A stretch of 63,998 bases of DNA, the filler included, from Octopus bimaculoides (taxonomy: Eukaryota): NCBI RefSeq assembly GCF_001194135.2. It is 7 parts of 7 records of this genome, joined end to end, with 100 filler letters (N's around TTAATTAATTAA, not from the genome) between each part and the next. Parts side by side here need not be neighbours in the genome. Positions count along the whole stretch, not along the records: positions 61,628 to 63,998 come from NC_068986.1; 6 more parts are not named here. The stretch is one strand, 5' to 3'. Below are positions 63,259 to 63,998 of this stretch, one piece after another; position 1 is the stretch's first letter, and each line of letters starts with the position of its first letter. The position numbers were made by a program, and so were the translations under genes. A model generated the notes under the pieces. That model was not told where the DNA came from and ran no database searches. It saw nothing but the letters and a program-made list of their open reading frames with translations.

Positions 63259-63338
63259 TCCCCTGACGAAGGAGTCATTACCGTAATGCACTCCTGTGCA
63301 TTGACTACGTTAACGAACCCCTGAAATGGCTATAGGGA
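63259..63338 (+). ncRNA. minimal type-I hammerhead ribozyme in the Penelope pseudo-LTR
   Basis: Helix I TCCC/GGGA, intact CTGACGA, helix II AGG/CCT with branched insert, GAAA, self-complementary ATGGCTAT, AUA triplet (63332-63334). Confidence 0.78.
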
Positions 63339-63957
63339 CTGTAAATATGTTTTTTTTTTTTTTGCTTGGACACTGGCTTTTCTTAAAAGGTTTCCTTTTA
63401 CCTTAAAAAGTAACTTTTAATCGTAAAAAATTCTTAATCTATGAACTTTTATCTATACCTTATGTATTTATATGTTTCTTATATATGTATTTTTATATTT
63501 ATATATTATTTTATTTTAGGTTTTATAATGTAAAAAAAGTTTGTTTTATACGCTATAGACAATACTCACTTTTTTTCTATATGTCTGTCTAAATGAAGTA
63601 TTGTTTCCTCTTCTGTGATTTTGTGCATCCATATTCTATGTATAGAAAAAGCATTATGTTTCTTTATATGTGATTAAATGTACGAGATGTGATATATTAG
63701 TTGGCTGACCTTGAATTTGTTGTTTGTTCTACAACCAAAGTTTGTTATACTCGCCTCATTTACTTGAGCACTTCTCTTGCAGTCCTGTTAACCCTCTTGT
63801 TCCTAACAAGAAACAATCACTATTATTATTGATATATGTATACATATGAATATATATATATAGATAGATATACATATATGTATATATATATATATATATA
63901 GATATATATATATATATACATGTATGTATATATGTATACATATATGCATGTGTATAC

Positions 63958-63998
<41 letters not shown>

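Larger units (their letters stand above)
61628..63420 (-). mobile_element. Penelope-like retroelement (Neptune-type), 5' truncated, with inverted pseudo-LTR
   Basis: RT thumb YINVSSSHPK..IPTRISHLS, WFAPPFS, Cys linker CNCRNPKLCPLDGSC, GIY-YIG VIYKC..FYIGST..FKARYRSH; 61628-61716 repeated inverted at 63055-63130; right boundary approximate. Confidence 0.92.

Overview
Eukaryotic, AT-rich, microsatellite-dense draft-assembly DNA with many N gaps. It is most likely an octopus (coleoid cephalopod) genome, inferred from the dominant tRNA-headed SINE families and the mollusc-type IL-17 genes. The only clearly intact protein-coding sequences are the large second exons of two convergent IL-17-like paralogues (9771-10286 +, 21288-21809 -). 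They are about 60% identical over the mature region by hand alignment and share 10 Cys. Almost everything else recognisable is mobile-element derived: four tRNA-headed SINE families (labelled A-D here), RTE, CR1-like and L1/Tx1 LINE fragments, a Gypsy relic with PBS and LTR, Tc1/mariner relics (maT DD37D, a DD36E Tc1, mariner MITEs), Helentron-associated elements, foldback elements and a Penelope-like (Neptune-type GIY-YIG) element. The least obvious signal is a set of minimal type-I hammerhead ribozyme motifs, invisible to the ORF track, whose helix III is replaced by a short palindrome. Two well-formed single copies lie at 32473-32569 and 63259-63338, the latter inside the inverted pseudo-LTR of the Penelope element. 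A perfect head-to-head twin lies at 28938-29096, and several decayed copies are also present. Two orphan exon-like segments (26372-26480 +, 28087-28278 -) remain unexplained. Boundaries of degraded elements are approximate and no database searches were run.
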